Positions 20,041 through 28,420 of a DNA stretch of 62,182 nucleotides are shown here, piece by piece. Each line of letters opens with the position of its first letter. The first letter of the stretch is position 1. Source of the stretch: Clostridia bacterium (lineage in GTDB: Bacteria; Bacillota; Clostridia; Tissierellales; Dethiosulfatibacteraceae); NCBI GenBank assembly GCA_011390775.1, contig JAABRS010000001.1, forward strand, positions 1-62,182. Reading direction: 5' to 3'. A program made the position numbers and the translations under genes. A model generated the notes under the pieces. The model did not search any database. It was not told the origin of the DNA and worked only from the letters and a program-made list of their open reading frames with translations.

Positions 20041-21369
20041 TTAGTTTTTCTTACGCTTAGCAATTATTTCCTGCTTAGCTACTCTTATAGCATCAACAAG
20101 AGGTCTCTTTGAAGGACATATAAAAGAGCATGAACCGCATTCTATACAATCCATAGCATTATATGATTCTGCTTCGTCAAATTTTCTTAATAAAGAGTTC
20201 TTGCTTATCATAAGAGGCTGCAGTCCGCTAGGACATATATCTACGCATTTTCCGCATCTTATACAGTTTGATGGTTCCGGTTTTTCTGAATCCTTTTTGT
20301 TTAATATTAAAATACCGGACGTTCCTTTTATAACTGGAACCTCGTCTGTATATTGGGCTATACCCATCATAGGTCCACCATTTATCAGTTTCCCTAAATC
20401 ATCAGTGTAGCCACCGCATTGTTCAACAACATCTTTAAATCTAGTACCGATTTTTACTAATAAATTTTTCGGCTCTTTTACAGCGCTACCTGTAATAGTT
20501 ACTACTCTCTGTATTACTGGCATTCCTGTTGTAATTGCTTCTGCCAAGGCTGAAACAGTTCCTATATTTTGAACAACTGCTCCTACATCCATCGGTAATC
20601 CTCCTGATGGTACCTCTCTTTTAGTTACTGCATAAATTAAACTTTTTTCTCCCCCTTGAGGGTATTTTGTTTGAAGTTCAGCTACTTTAATATTTTCTTC
20701 ACTTTTAACTGCTTCCTTCATTATTTTAATAGCATCAGGTTTGTTTTTTTCTATTCCTATTACTCCATTTTCTACCCCTAAAGCTTTCATAATAGCTTTA
20801 GTACCTAAAACTACTTTTTCAGGATATTCTAGCATCATTCTATGATCTGATGTTAAATATGGTTCGCATTCCGCACCATTGATTATTAAAATATCAATCT
20901 TTTTATCTTCCGGTGGGCTCAACTTCACATGGGTTGGAAATCCTGCTCCACCCATTCCTGTAAGTCCTGCTTCTTTAACTATTTTTAAAATATCATCCTT
21001 TTTAAGATTTTCTAAGTCCCCTTTCGGTTGCACTTCTTCAGATATTTCCTGTTTACCATCAACCTGTATTACTATACTGGTTACTTTTGATCCAGTTGGT
21101 GTATTTCTCTTAGCAATCTTTGTAACTATACCTGAAACACTTGAATGTACAGGTGCTGATACAAAGGCTTTTGTATCTCCAATTTTTTGGCCAACCTTAA
21201 CGTTGTCCCCAACTTTTACAATAGGTTCACATGGTGCTCCAATATGCTGATGAAGAGGTATAACTACTTCTTTTGGTAAAAAAGCTTCTTCTATTGGACT
21301 CGCTTCTGTTTGCTTTTTAAAGTGAGGTGGATGAATGCCTCCTCTAAAAGTTAACCCTTTACTACTCAT
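20041..21369 (-). CDS. rnfC: Rnf complex subunit C
   Basis: 'GMGGAGFPTHVKL' nucleotide/FMN site. Two ferredoxin motifs, 'CIRCGKCVDICP' and 'CIECGSCSFICP'. Confidence 0.9.
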   Translation of the reverse strand: MSSKGLTFRGGIHPPHFKKQTEASPIEEAFLPKEVVIPLHQHIGAPCEPIVKVGDNVKVGQKIGDTKAFVSAPVHSSVSGIVTKIAKRNTPTGSKVTSIVIQVDGKQEISEEVQPKGDLENLKKDDILKIVKEAGLTGMGGAGFPTHVKLSPPEDKKIDILIINGAECEPYLTSDHRMMLEYPEKVVLGTKAIMKALGVENGVIGIEKNKPDAIKIMKEAVKSEENIKVAELQTKYPQGGEKSLIYAVTKREVPSGGLPMDVGAVVQNIGTVSALAEAITTGMPVIQRVVTITGSAVKEPKNLLVKIGTRFKDVVEQCGGYTDDLGKLINGGPMMGIAQYTDEVPVIKGTSGILILNKKDSEKPEPSNCIRCGKCVDICPSGLQPLMISKNSLLRKFDEAESYNAMDCIECGSCSFICPSKRPLVDAIRVAKQEIIAKRKKN

Positions 21370-21477
21370 TGATTATCACCTCTAACTAATTAATATGTTT
21401 ATTGTATACAGTATTAACTCATACATTATAACACAACATAAATGATTTTTACATATAATTTTCAAGTTTGATTTTGT

Positions 21478-22014
21478 TTATATTTTATCAATATTTTCTC
21501 GAATATATTCCTTTATCCACATCAATATTTTAGGAGTTTTAATATCAACTTCTCCCAGGATTTCTTTGATTTCTCTTGTATCAAATACAAACCTTTTCCC
21601 ATTTACATCATGTATGTATATTAAATCAAACTTTTCATTAAAATTCAATATAGTTAATATACTTTCCTCAATTTTTCCTAAAGGAGCTCTGTCTATATGA
21701 CTATTTTTAAATTCTGCAATCACTTCTGTTCCTACATTTTCTACAGATTGTATTTTTAAAAATCCTTCGCACTGTTCTGCAGCAGCTTTTAATAAAGGTA
21801 TTCCCAATCCTACATTCCTAATCTTTCTAGTTGTATAAAAAGGATTCATCACCTGTTGCTGTATGTTTTTGCTTATACCTTTGCCGTTATCTTTTATATT
21901 TATTCTAAAATAATTCTCATTTGTGTCGATTTCTACTTTGATTTCTATCTTATTTGCACCAGCATTAATGGAATTCGTTGTAATATCCAATATATGTAAA
22001 GATAATTCTTTCAT
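21478..22014 (-). CDS. Small GHKL (HATPase_c) ATP-binding protein
   Basis: N-box 'HILDITTNSINAG', G1 'DNGKGI', G2 'GLGIPLL'. Start at MKELSL, preceded by AGGAGG. Confidence 0.75.
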   Translation of the reverse strand: MKELSLHILDITTNSINAGANKIEIKVEIDTNENYFRINIKDNGKGISKNIQQQVMNPFYTTRKIRNVGLGIPLLKAAAEQCEGFLKIQSVENVGTEVIAEFKNSHIDRAPLGKIEESILTILNFNEKFDLIYIHDVNGKRFVFDTREIKEILGEVDIKTPKILMWIKEYIRENIDKI

Positions 22015-22053
22015 TTTTCCTCCTACCAATAAAAAAAGGACCTTACAATCCTT

Positions 22054-22737
22054 TTAGTAAAATAATTCTTCTATACTTGCCATTTCAAGGTAATTATTTC
22101 TTTCAGAAATATCAACTAATCTATGTGCATCAGAATTTATTATGATTTTATACTTATCTTGTAATTTTTTCAATAATTTTGCATTAACTTCACCTGAAAT
22201 TTCAATATATTTGAAATCCAAGTTCTCAGGTATAAATCCTAAAACACCAATTATTCCATTTGCTCTTCTATTCACGTGAGAAGGTATAACTATACCCTTA
22301 TTTTCTTTAACTAGTTTTATAATTTCATTTATAGAATATTTTGAAGCACCTGTAAGTAAGACATCTTCCTTTTTAATAATATCATCCTTTTCATCATAAA
22401 TAAGTTGTTCCCCAAAAATTTTAGGATTATTTTTTATTTTTGGTAAAGATTCATATATTATATCAGAAAATTCATTGCAATCTAGATAATCCTTAAAATA
22501 ACATAGTAGATGAACTTCCTCTTTGGTGTTTACCTCAATACCCGGTATTACGATAATATTTCTTGTGTCACCTAATTTCTTTAGGGCAGGAAAATTTTTA
22601 CAACTATTATGATCAGTTACAGAAATTATATCAAGATTTTTAATATGTGCCATATTTACTATATTATTAGGAGTCATATCTTTATCTCCACAAGGTGATA
22701 AATTTGAATGAATATGTAAATCATAATAATATTTCAT
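22054..22737 (-). CDS. PHP-domain phosphoesterase
   Basis: 'YYDLHIHSNLSPCGD', 'VTDHNS', 'PSHVNR', 'SDAH': the PHP His/Asp metal-ligand pattern. Confidence 0.75.
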   Translation of the reverse strand: MKYYYDLHIHSNLSPCGDKDMTPNNIVNMAHIKNLDIISVTDHNSCKNFPALKKLGDTRNIIVIPGIEVNTKEEVHLLCYFKDYLDCNEFSDIIYESLPKIKNNPKIFGEQLIYDEKDDIIKKEDVLLTGASKYSINEIIKLVKENKGIVIPSHVNRRANGIIGVLGFIPENLDFKYIEISGEVNAKLLKKLQDKYKIIINSDAHRLVDISERNNYLEMASIEELFY

Positions 22738-22749
22738 GCTTTCAACTTC

Positions 22750-23079
22750 TCAGTTTTCTAATTTGTAGATTCCACAAGCTATCTCATAAGCGGATTTATC
22801 CGTAGTAAGTATAGGTATCTCTAATTCATTTGCCTTTTCTATAGTATCCTTGTCTACTTCCATATCTTCCACTATAATAATACCGGCTATATCAATTAAA
22901 TCCGCCACTGCTACAATGTTTAGATGGGTCTGAATAGTTATCCATATGCTGTTTTCTTTGGCATTAGACATAACAACACTAAGCAAATCTCCTATATATA
23001 CATTTTCAAATTCAATATCATTTGATAAATTAGTAACTTCATCTAATTCTAATTTTTCAATCATATTTTTTATATTCAT
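22750..23079 (-). CDS. DRTGG-domain protein
   Basis: 109 aa with a layout typical of stand-alone DRTGG proteins ('GDLLSVVMS', 'IIIVED', 'IPILTT'). Confidence 0.6.
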   Translation of the reverse strand: MNIKNMIEKLELDEVTNLSNDIEFENVYIGDLLSVVMSNAKENSIWITIQTHLNIVAVADLIDIAGIIIVEDMEVDKDTIEKANELEIPILTTDKSAYEIACGIYKLEN

Positions 23080-23080
23080 T

Positions 23081-24322
23081 TTACTTTTCCTCCAATTTTA
23101 GTATTACACAATTATCAATAGTTTTTTTGCCCTCTTCTATATCTTCAGCTAATGCTCTACAGGTTGGTGCTCCACAAGATCCACAGTCTAGTTTAGGTAG
23201 CTTTTTATAAATTTTTTCAATTCTTTCCATTTTTTCTACTGCTTCTTTTATGTTTGGTTTTTTTTCTTCAATATCTTCATGTATTGCTATATCAAAGTAA
23301 CCTTCCTTCTTAAATTCTTTGTATTTTTCAATATCATCATTTATTAATCTTTCTTCTTTTATGTTTTTCAGTATATGTTTTATATTACTGTTAGCAACAA
23401 AAGGGTTTTCAAAATTATATGTTCCACCAACACATCCTCCGTTACATGATAATATTTCCAAATATTTAATATGTTCTAATTTTCCCATTTCAATTTCTTC
23501 TAGAATATCTATAACATTTTCAAGACCGGATACTGCTATACTGTTTTCAAAATCGCAAGCATCCGTTTGACCCCCTGAAATGGACCATTTCAAACCTGTT
23601 AAAGATGGATTTGAAAAACACCTATCACTGTGCATTTTTAATTCTCTTACCATATCTCCATAAATTTCTTTAAGTGATATTACTTTATTTATGTAAGATT
23701 TATCCTTCCCTATAGGTTCTTTAACACTTAAAGTTTTAGCTGGACATGGTGATATATAAAATACTCCTATATCTTCATCTTTTAGGGTTTTGTCTATTTT
23801 TTTCGCTTTTTTTATTGCCAATCTGGCTGCTATTTCCATGGGAGCTTCTATTTCAATTATATTTTCTAATAGTCCTGGGTATTTAATTTTTATTAATCTT
23901 ACCATTGCCGGACAGTTAGAAGAAATTTTTGGTCTTAAAATTTTGTCCGAAATCACTTTTTCTTTTATAGCCTTTGTTACTAATTCCGCCGCCCAACTTT
24001 CATCGTAAACATAATCAAATCCAAGTCCTATTAATGCATTATGTATCTTGCATATTTCAGTTCCTAGGGTGAATTGCCCGTATACTGTTGTGGAAGGAAT
24101 TGCTATATTAAATTTATAATCTTTTAAGTCTATAATTTTATCAGTAATTGAAGTATAAGCATTATATGGACAAACTCTTATACATTCGCCGCAATTTATA
24201 CATTTATCATCATCAATTACAGCCTTACCCTTTACTATTCTAATAGCTTCGGTTGGGCATTTTCTCATGCAATTTGTGCAACCCATGCATTTTTCTTTTT
24301 CCAAGTAAAAAGTACGCTTCAT
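23081..24322 (-). CDS. [FeFe]-hydrogenase-like protein, putative sensory type: 2x[4Fe-4S] ferredoxin N-terminus, H-domain-like core, RnfB-type Fe-S C-terminus
   Basis: 'CMGCTNCMRKCP' and 'CINCGECIRVCP'. H-cluster motif equivalents are 'SSNCP' (residues 134-138), 'SPCPAK' (191-196) and 'EILSCNGGCVGG' (289-300). C-terminal 'CGSCGAPTCRALAEDIEEG..NC'. Confidence 0.75.
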   Translation of the reverse strand: MKRTFYLEKEKCMGCTNCMRKCPTEAIRIVKGKAVIDDDKCINCGECIRVCPYNAYTSITDKIIDLKDYKFNIAIPSTTVYGQFTLGTEICKIHNALIGLGFDYVYDESWAAELVTKAIKEKVISDKILRPKISSNCPAMVRLIKIKYPGLLENIIEIEAPMEIAARLAIKKAKKIDKTLKDEDIGVFYISPCPAKTLSVKEPIGKDKSYINKVISLKEIYGDMVRELKMHSDRCFSNPSLTGLKWSISGGQTDACDFENSIAVSGLENVIDILEEIEMGKLEHIKYLEILSCNGGCVGGTYNFENPFVANSNIKHILKNIKEERLINDDIEKYKEFKKEGYFDIAIHEDIEEKKPNIKEAVEKMERIEKIYKKLPKLDCGSCGAPTCRALAEDIEEGKKTIDNCVILKLEEK

Positions 24323-24331
24323 TATTTCCTC

Positions 24332-24754
24332 CTACTCTAAGCAAATTGTTGATTCTATTTTAGTTCCATTTTTGCTGGAAGTTATATTAAAATTATCAGA
24401 ACAGTTGTTTATATTAGGTAACCCCATTCCTGCCCCAAATCCTAATTCTCTAATTTCACTAGGAGCAGTAGAGTAGCCTTCCGTCATAGCTAAATTTACA
24501 TCATCTATACCTGGGCCTTTATCATTGATTTTAAGTATTATTTTATCTTCGTAAATCTCAAAATCAATTTCTCCACCTTCAGAATGAATAATGATGTTCA
24601 TTTCTCCTTCGTATGAAATAACTGCTATTCTTCTAATTATTCTATTTGTAAAACCTATTTTTTTTAGGTTTTTTTTTATTTCGCTGGAGACTTTTCCAGC
24701 ATTTACAAAATCGTTTTTATCAATTTTATAATTATAACACTTTATTTTTTTCAT
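24332..24754 (-). CDS. Anti-sigma-factor-like GHKL Ser/Thr kinase-type ATPase (SpoIIAB/RsbW size class)
   Basis: 140 aa. N-box-like 'EGEMNIIIHS', G1 'DKGPGI', G2 'GFGAGMGLPN'. Confidence 0.7.
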   Translation of the reverse strand: MKKIKCYNYKIDKNDFVNAGKVSSEIKKNLKKIGFTNRIIRRIAVISYEGEMNIIIHSEGGEIDFEIYEDKIILKINDKGPGIDDVNLAMTEGYSTAPSEIRELGFGAGMGLPNINNCSDNFNITSSKNGTKIESTICLE

Positions 24755-25103
24755 TACTTAATCCTTTTATCCCCTTTGAATATAATATACCACATGCATT
24801 ATACATGTTGTAATTTGTTGACATTAATACCATTTCATTATCCTTAGCCATAGCTATAGTTTCTTCAGTAGGAACCTTGCCTCTCACAAGAAGTACTGCA
24901 TCAATATCAAGCATTTCTGCTGTTCTTATAACTTGAGGATTGTTTAAACCAGAAACAAGAATTGATTTATCCTCAAAAAATTCAGTAGTTAATACATCAC
25001 TCATAAGATCCGAAGCAAATACTCCCTGTATCTGCTTATCATAACATTCTTCACCTGTATAAATTTTAGCCTTTAAAATATCCTTAATATCTCTAATTTT
25101 CAT
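24732..25103 (-). CDS. DRTGG-domain protein
   Basis: 123 aa with 'ASDLMSDVL', 'ILVSGLNNPQVIRTA' and 'AVLLVRG'. Start at MKIRDI, 6 nt after GGAGG. Confidence 0.6.
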   Translation of the reverse strand: MKIRDIKDILKAKIYTGEECYDKQIQGVFASDLMSDVLTTEFFEDKSILVSGLNNPQVIRTAEMLDIDAVLLVRGKVPTEETIAMAKDNEMVLMSTNYNMYNACGILYSKGIKGLSNEKNKVL

Positions 25104-25132
25104 GAAATCCTCCATAACAAAATATTAAAATC

Positions 25133-25161
25133 ACTATATCAGATTGTTAATATTTTGTCAA
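25133..25161 (-). promoter_or_regulatory. Candidate sigma-A promoter of the DRTGG/GHKL/hydrogenase-like module
   Basis: Minus strand TTGACA-N17-TATAGT, about 30 nt upstream of the first DRTGG gene. Confidence 0.5.
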
Positions 25162-25305
25162 TCTTTAACTACTTTAAAACTCCTTTTTATTTTGTTACAA
25201 TTTTAAAATATTTAGTTAATATTTTTGTAAAAGAATTTCGTTTAATTACTTGATTAATATTATATAATAAAAAGTGTGAAATAAAAACCAAAAAGAGGTG
25301 TTTAT

Positions 25306-26535
25306 ATGAAATTTAAAGAAAAACTTGAAAATTATGCCGAAATAATTTTAAAAAAAGGTATTAATGTTCAAAAAGATGAAAAAATTGAAATTAGAGCATC
25401 TATAGACGACGCAGAATTTGCAAGACTATTGATGAAGAAAGCTTTTGCATTAGGAGCTGAAAACGTATTTATAAAATGGATAGACTTCTATAGTGATAAA
25501 ATCAAATTTAATAATGCTCCTAATAGAATTTTCGAAAGTGTTCCAGAGTGGGAAATCAAAAAATATAAAGAATATGTAGAAGATGGCTGGTCTGTTATTA
25601 GCCTTTCAGCACCGGATCCCGAAGTTTTTAAAGATGTGGATAGCAAATTATTGGGACAGTGGTCTCAAGTACAATCAAAATCATTGAAATTCTTTCAAAA
25701 GAAATTAACTGCTTTTGAAAATAAATGGACAATTGCACTAGCTGCTTCTAAACCATGGGCAAAAAAAGTATTCCCTGAATTAAATGAGGATGAAGCATAT
25801 AATAAGTTATGGGATTATATATTTAAATGTACAAGGGTAGATAGGCCAGATTATGAAGATTTATGGTTAGAACATATATCTATATTAAAGAGTAAGTATA
25901 ATTATTTAACAGATAAAAATTTTATAAAGTTTAGATATGAAGGTCCGGGAACTGATTTGGAAGTTGGAATGATAGATAAAGGTAAATGGTTTGGTGCCGT
26001 GACAAAAGGTCCAAATGATGTTGATGTAATGCCGAATATTCCTACAGAAGAAATATGTACATCTCCAAATAAGTATATGACTAATGGTAGAGTTCAATCA
26101 ACTATGCCTCTAGTCTATAACGGTAACGTAATTAAAAATCTATGGTTTGAATTTAAAGAAGGTAAGGTTGTAGACTTTGGAGCTTCAGAAGGGGAAGAAC
26201 TAATGCAAACATTTTTAGATACTGATAATGGTTCTAAATATCTTGGAGAAGTAGCTTTAGTTCCTGTAAACACTCCAATTTATCAGTTAGATACTTTGTT
26301 TTACAACACTCTTTATGATGAAAATGCTTCTTGTCACCTGGCTCTTGGAGACGCTCTTCCAATGTGTCTGGAGGGAGGAGTTGCCGAGATGTCAGATGTG
26401 GAAAAAGATAAAATAGGATTTAATGAAAGTACAGTTCATTTGGATTTTATGATAGGTTCTGAGAAGCTTAATATAATAGGTATTTTACCAAATGGTGAGG
26501 AAGTATATATATTCAAAAACGGCAAATGGGCATAA
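25306..26535 (+). CDS. Aminopeptidase, M29 (AmpS/PepS) family
   Basis: 409 aa with a collinear M29 pattern ('TEEICTSP', 'YLGEVALVP', 'NTLYDENASCHLALG', 'STVHLDFMIG'). Confidence 0.8.
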   Translation: MKFKEKLENYAEIILKKGINVQKDEKIEIRASIDDAEFARLLMKKAFALGAENVFIKWIDFYSDKIKFNNAPNRIFESVPEWEIKKYKEYVEDGWSVISLSAPDPEVFKDVDSKLLGQWSQVQSKSLKFFQKKLTAFENKWTIALAASKPWAKKVFPELNEDEAYNKLWDYIFKCTRVDRPDYEDLWLEHISILKSKYNYLTDKNFIKFRYEGPGTDLEVGMIDKGKWFGAVTKGPNDVDVMPNIPTEEICTSPNKYMTNGRVQSTMPLVYNGNVIKNLWFEFKEGKVVDFGASEGEELMQTFLDTDNGSKYLGEVALVPVNTPIYQLDTLFYNTLYDENASCHLALGDALPMCLEGGVAEMSDVEKDKIGFNESTVHLDFMIGSEKLNIIGILPNGEEVYIFKNGKWA

Positions 26536-26538
26536 AAA

Positions 26539-26627
26539 TGGTGCAAGTGGTGGGACTCGAACCCACACGGTATTTCTACCACAGACCCCTCAAGCCTGCG
26601 TGTCTGCCAATTCCACCACACTTGCAC
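26539..26627 (-). tRNA. tRNA-Leu (anticodon GAG), class II with long variable arm, CCA encoded
   Basis: The minus strand reads GTGCAAG..TGGCAGA..CAGGC-TTGAGGG-GTCTG..long arm..GGTTCGAGTCC..CTTGCACCA. 7-bp acceptor stem, T-loop GTTCGAGTC, anticodon-loop positions 34-36 = GAG. 89 nt. Confidence 0.9.
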
Positions 26628-26631
26628 AATT

Positions 26632-26659
26632 AAGGTATGGTTTTTACCATACCTTTTTA
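26632..26659 (+). terminator. Hairpin with a + strand T-tract beyond the antisense tRNA
   Basis: AAGGTATGGT-loop-ACCATACCTT followed by TTTTTAT on the + strand. On the minus strand the tail is only TTAATT. Confidence 0.5.
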
Positions 26660-26716
26660 TCATATTTTTAACCTAACAATTTTTTATTATATTTATTTTT
26701 TTTATAATTGTAAAGG

Positions 26717-27754
26717 TTATTTTATTTTTTTAATATTATTATTTTCTACTATACCAGGCAATCTACCACGTTTAGCTATTGGTTTTCCATTAACCTCTTT
26801 TATATCCATAGTCATATCTATAGCTTTAGCACCGGATATATAACTCCCTACCCCAAAATTATCCGCACCTGCTTCTTTTAATTCTTTGATTCTCTCTGGG
26901 GTTAATCCACCGGAAACAAATATTTTAACCCAATTATATCCATTCATATCAAGATGATGTCTAACTTCTTTAACAAGTTCAGGGCTTACTCCACCTCTTT
27001 CACTTGGAGTATCAAGGCGTATTGCATACAATTTTTCACCTAATACTTTAGCTACTCTTAATGATTCTTCTACTTCATCTTTAAAAGTATCTACTAATAT
27101 TATTCTTTTATGATTTTCCGGAGAAATTTCATCATAGGCTTTTGCAACCTTTACCGTATCTCCTGCTATTATAAAAGATGAATGGGGTAAGGTGCCAGTT
27201 GGTTCAATTCCTATTCTTTTAGCTGCCAATATATTGCTTACAGCTGAAGCTCCGCCTATATATGCAGCTCTCTCCATTACAGTTGACACTGAGGGATGCA
27301 GGTGTCTTGTTCCAAAAATTACAAAATCACTATCACCGCAAGCTTCTTTTACTTTACTTGCTGCTGTAGCCCAGCCAGAAGGACTTGCAAGACATCCTAA
27401 TATTACTGATTCGTAAATAGCGAACTCATTATATTTACCCTTAATTCTAACTAAAGTTTCCTTTGACTTAAATTTTTCCCCTTCATCTAATGCCCAAAGT
27501 TCTATGTCTTTATCCTTTAATATTTCCTTTACTTCTTCTATCCCAACAAAAATCCCATCTTTTCTAGCAAAAATTTCGGCAGTTACTTCAGTTTCATCTA
27601 ATTTCATATGCTTTAATATATCTAAAGTTCTTACAAAATAAACATCTGTAGTCATACCTTTAAGTATATCTTCATGATTAGCTGAAATTAGTTTTTTCTC
27701 TAGGTCAGTTACTTTTATATCTTTTATGTCTTTTAAGCTTTTAATACTTTCCAT
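26717..27754 (-). CDS. Nicotinate phosphoribosyltransferase-like (type II PRTase fold, short form)
   Basis: 345 aa with a QPRTase/NAPRTase-like barrel pattern ('FGTRHLHPS', 'AIRLDTPSERGG', 'IFVSGGL', 'FGVGS'). Confidence 0.6.
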   Translation of the reverse strand: MESIKSLKDIKDIKVTDLEKKLISANHEDILKGMTTDVYFVRTLDILKHMKLDETEVTAEIFARKDGIFVGIEEVKEILKDKDIELWALDEGEKFKSKETLVRIKGKYNEFAIYESVILGCLASPSGWATAASKVKEACGDSDFVIFGTRHLHPSVSTVMERAAYIGGASAVSNILAAKRIGIEPTGTLPHSSFIIAGDTVKVAKAYDEISPENHKRIILVDTFKDEVEESLRVAKVLGEKLYAIRLDTPSERGGVSPELVKEVRHHLDMNGYNWVKIFVSGGLTPERIKELKEAGADNFGVGSYISGAKAIDMTMDIKEVNGKPIAKRGRLPGIVENNNIKKIK

Positions 27755-27796
27755 TATACTTCCTCCTGAGTCAATATATAGTACAATATTATAACA

Positions 27797-28420
27797 TCAT
27801 TTCTTATGTTTTTCTATTTTTATGTTTGTTAAAATACTATCTATATTTCGGGTTAATTTTTCAATATTTCCATTGTTTTCTATAATTCTATTTGCATACT
27901 TTTCTTTATCTTCATCTTTCATCTGATTCTTTATTATTTTTTTTGCTTCTTCTAAACTTATATTATCTCGGCAGACTATCCTTTTTAGTCTAATGTCTTC
28001 ATTTGATTTTATTAACCATATTTCGTCGTATTCCAATCCATATTTTTCTAGTTTTTTCTTTTCTTCAACCATCAAAGGTATATCTAAAAATATTATATCT
28101 TCGTTATTATCTTCTATTCTTTTTATTAGTTCTTTTACTACATGTTTATGTACTATTTTGTTTAACTTGTTAATTTTGCTTTTATCTTTATATACAATAT
28201 TTCCTAATTTCTTCCTATTTATTTCTCTATCTCCAGCAATTTCTTTACCAAATTCCTTTATAAGTTTTGTATATACCTCTGTATTTTTAAAATATAATTT
28301 GTGAACTATTTTATCTGATTCTACAACTTGATACCCTTTATCTTTCAATATTTTACCAACAGTGGATTTACCTGAGGCGATACCTCCTGTAAGTACGATA
28401 ACTTTACTATTTCGCCTCAT
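27797..28420 (-). CDS. coaE: Dephospho-CoA kinase
   Basis: P-loop 'LTGGIASGKST'. Located immediately downstream of and overlapping polA, the conserved polA-coaE arrangement. Confidence 0.85.
   Translation of the reverse strand: MRRNSKVIVLTGGIASGKSTVGKILKDKGYQVVESDKIVHKLYFKNTEVYTKLIKEFGKEIAGDREINRKKLGNIVYKDKSKINKLNKIVHKHVVKELIKRIEDNNEDIIFLDIPLMVEEKKKLEKYGLEYDEIWLIKSNEDIRLKRIVCRDNISLEEAKKIIKNQMKDEDKEKYANRIIENNGNIEKLTRNIDSILTNIKIEKHKK

Noticed and set aside
23081-24322. Reading the 413-aa protein as a catalytic [FeFe] hydrogenase.
   Set aside because: The proton-relay Cys is replaced (SSNCP), and the protein is short. It has no small-subunit-like C-terminus, and no partner NuoE/NuoF-like genes are present. 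The context is signalling proteins.
21478-25115. GHKL ATPases plus a PHP nuclease-like protein as a phage-defence cassette.
   Set aside because: The ATPases are of the small anti-sigma-kinase size class, not MORC/Paris/Septu-like. The cluster is built around an Fe-S sensor and DRTGG proteins. There are no mobile-element hallmarks, and composition is unchanged relative to the flanks.
26436-26663. 75-aa minus-strand ORF in the ORF track.
   Set aside because: It is simply the translation of tRNA-Leu and its flanks (it contains the tRNA sequence), not a protein-coding gene.
26539-26716. tRNA-Leu as an integration hotspot or genomic-island boundary.
   Set aside because: There is no integrase, no direct repeat of the tRNA 3' end, and no compositional shift on either side. 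The neighbours are housekeeping genes.
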